From assembly GCF_000143415.4 (NCBI RefSeq), contig NW_003314282.1, positions 655,700 to 719,699 of the forward strand: DNA of 64,000 nt. The letters are read 5' to 3'. The notes below the pieces were generated by a model, which was given only the letters and a program-made list of their open reading frames with translations, was not told the DNA's origin and ran no database searches. This document shows, one piece after another, positions 62,760-64,000 of this stretch (position 1 is its first letter; the number at the start of each line of letters is the position of its first letter). This stretch comes from Selaginella moellendorffii. Lineage: Eukaryota; Plantae; Lycopodiophyta. Made by a program: the position numbers and the translations under genes.

Positions 62760-64000
62760 AATATTAAACAAGTCCATCTCCATACTACTTGAGCTTTGGG
62801 CCTCAACTCGGGCGAGAAGGGTCCATCCATCTCCAGATGCATGTAGGCATTCGTTCACGGCCACAACCCTCACGATGTCCCCAAATTCTATGTCCATGTA
62901 TCCCTGAAGAAAATAACCAGTCAAAAGTACAAGAAGAAAAACAATAATACCTGGTATCTCTTGAGAAAAGCTTGAAGTTCTCTCATCTTTGATTTCATTC
63001 GCGCGTGTTCGTTGCTCGCTATAGCGGCACTTACTTCTAAAGGGGAGTGTCCGATCATCCTCTCAACCAGCTGCAAAATCGGAGACTATACTCTTGACTA
63101 AACAGAATTGAAGCTTTACCTCGTGGTTCACTAAAGCTTCTGTTAAAAGGCTTCCATCTTCGATGTATATCGCCAGCCGGTATGCATTGCGATCCTTGAA
63201 AAGGAACTCTTTCACGGCTGTAAGGAAACACTGTATCCAGAAAACGAATCGTGCTTTCTTTTTTCTTTTCTTTTGTTACCTTAACTCGGCCTGATTGAAC
63301 TACACCGGACTCCATAAACCGCCTCTGTAGAACCGCCAGATACGTAAAGGGAGGGGACTCCAGGCTGTCTGCGGCTGAAAAATGGACGGGCATATGTCAC
63401 GAAAATCTGAAGATCATAAAACTTACTGCGCAGTTGTCTTCTACTCCTGGTTTCATTGGATTGGAGGGAAAGCATACGAATACGCGAAGTTCCCAGGCCG
63501 ATAGAAGTCTCGGAAGGTGTGCCAGACGAGGTCCGATGCGTAGTTTCGTCCTGTCCTGGAGGTGAACATCAAAAGCATTAGGCAGGGAGAGAAAACCTGA
63601 AAGGCCTTCTTTGTGTTTACTTGGTGTTTGTTCACTGTAGGAATATGAACCGCGAGAAAAATCTTCTATAGAAACAGGTGCTTGCCTTCCTGAAGACAAA
63701 AAAAGTAGAGACAGAAAATCAAAATACAAGGATAGAAGAACGAAAGAAAGAAAGCAAACACAGTCACTGTGCAAAAGTTAGACCTGTATATGGATGATCA
63801 CGAACAGTCGAAGAAGGTTGCTGCTCACTTCCAGGATTGGCTGCAGCGCCATTGTTTTCTTGGACGTCAGGAGTTCGGGGCCAGGCAGCTTGTGTAAGTT
63901 GCTCTTCCAACGATGGTGGAGTAGTACCACGCGGGTGCCTGCAAATATCCTTAACTAGTACACGAAGAAGAAAACTTTACCTGTTTCCCCGAGGAGGTTT
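62760..64000 (-). other. 3' part of an unidentified spliced gene or pseudogene
   Basis: Exon-like blocks bounded by GT/AG and pyrimidine tracts; no clean continuous frame recognised. Confidence 0.3.

Overview
Eukaryotic nuclear DNA from a compact-genome land plant. Introns of about 45-60 nt, PLS-type PPR genes and chromoviral LTR elements suggest a lycophyte such as Selaginella (inference). GC-richer gene islands alternate with AT-rich, CpG-depleted decayed-repeat tracts. Genes: BIO3-BIO1, an LRR receptor-like protein, a tandem-domain THG1, a secreted LamG-domain protein, a PPR gene plus a rearranged pseudogene copy, a PICKLE fragment, a divergent heme-oxygenase-like protein, 6-phosphogluconolactonase, two divergent macrodomain proteins, RadA/Sms, nicotinamidase and several unknown spliced genes. 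Two complete Ty3/gypsy chromoviruses with target-site duplications are present. Most notable: (1) two GT-AG introns inside the integrase of the first retrotransposon whose removal exactly restores conserved motifs; (2) a box C/D RNA in a RadA intron with two guides complementary to the 5' end of U2 snRNA; (3) a tRNA-independent self-priming PBS and a -1 frameshift signal in the second retrotransposon, which also carries a 937-bp insertion with a 16-bp TSD; (4) a TRIM-like miniature LTR element.
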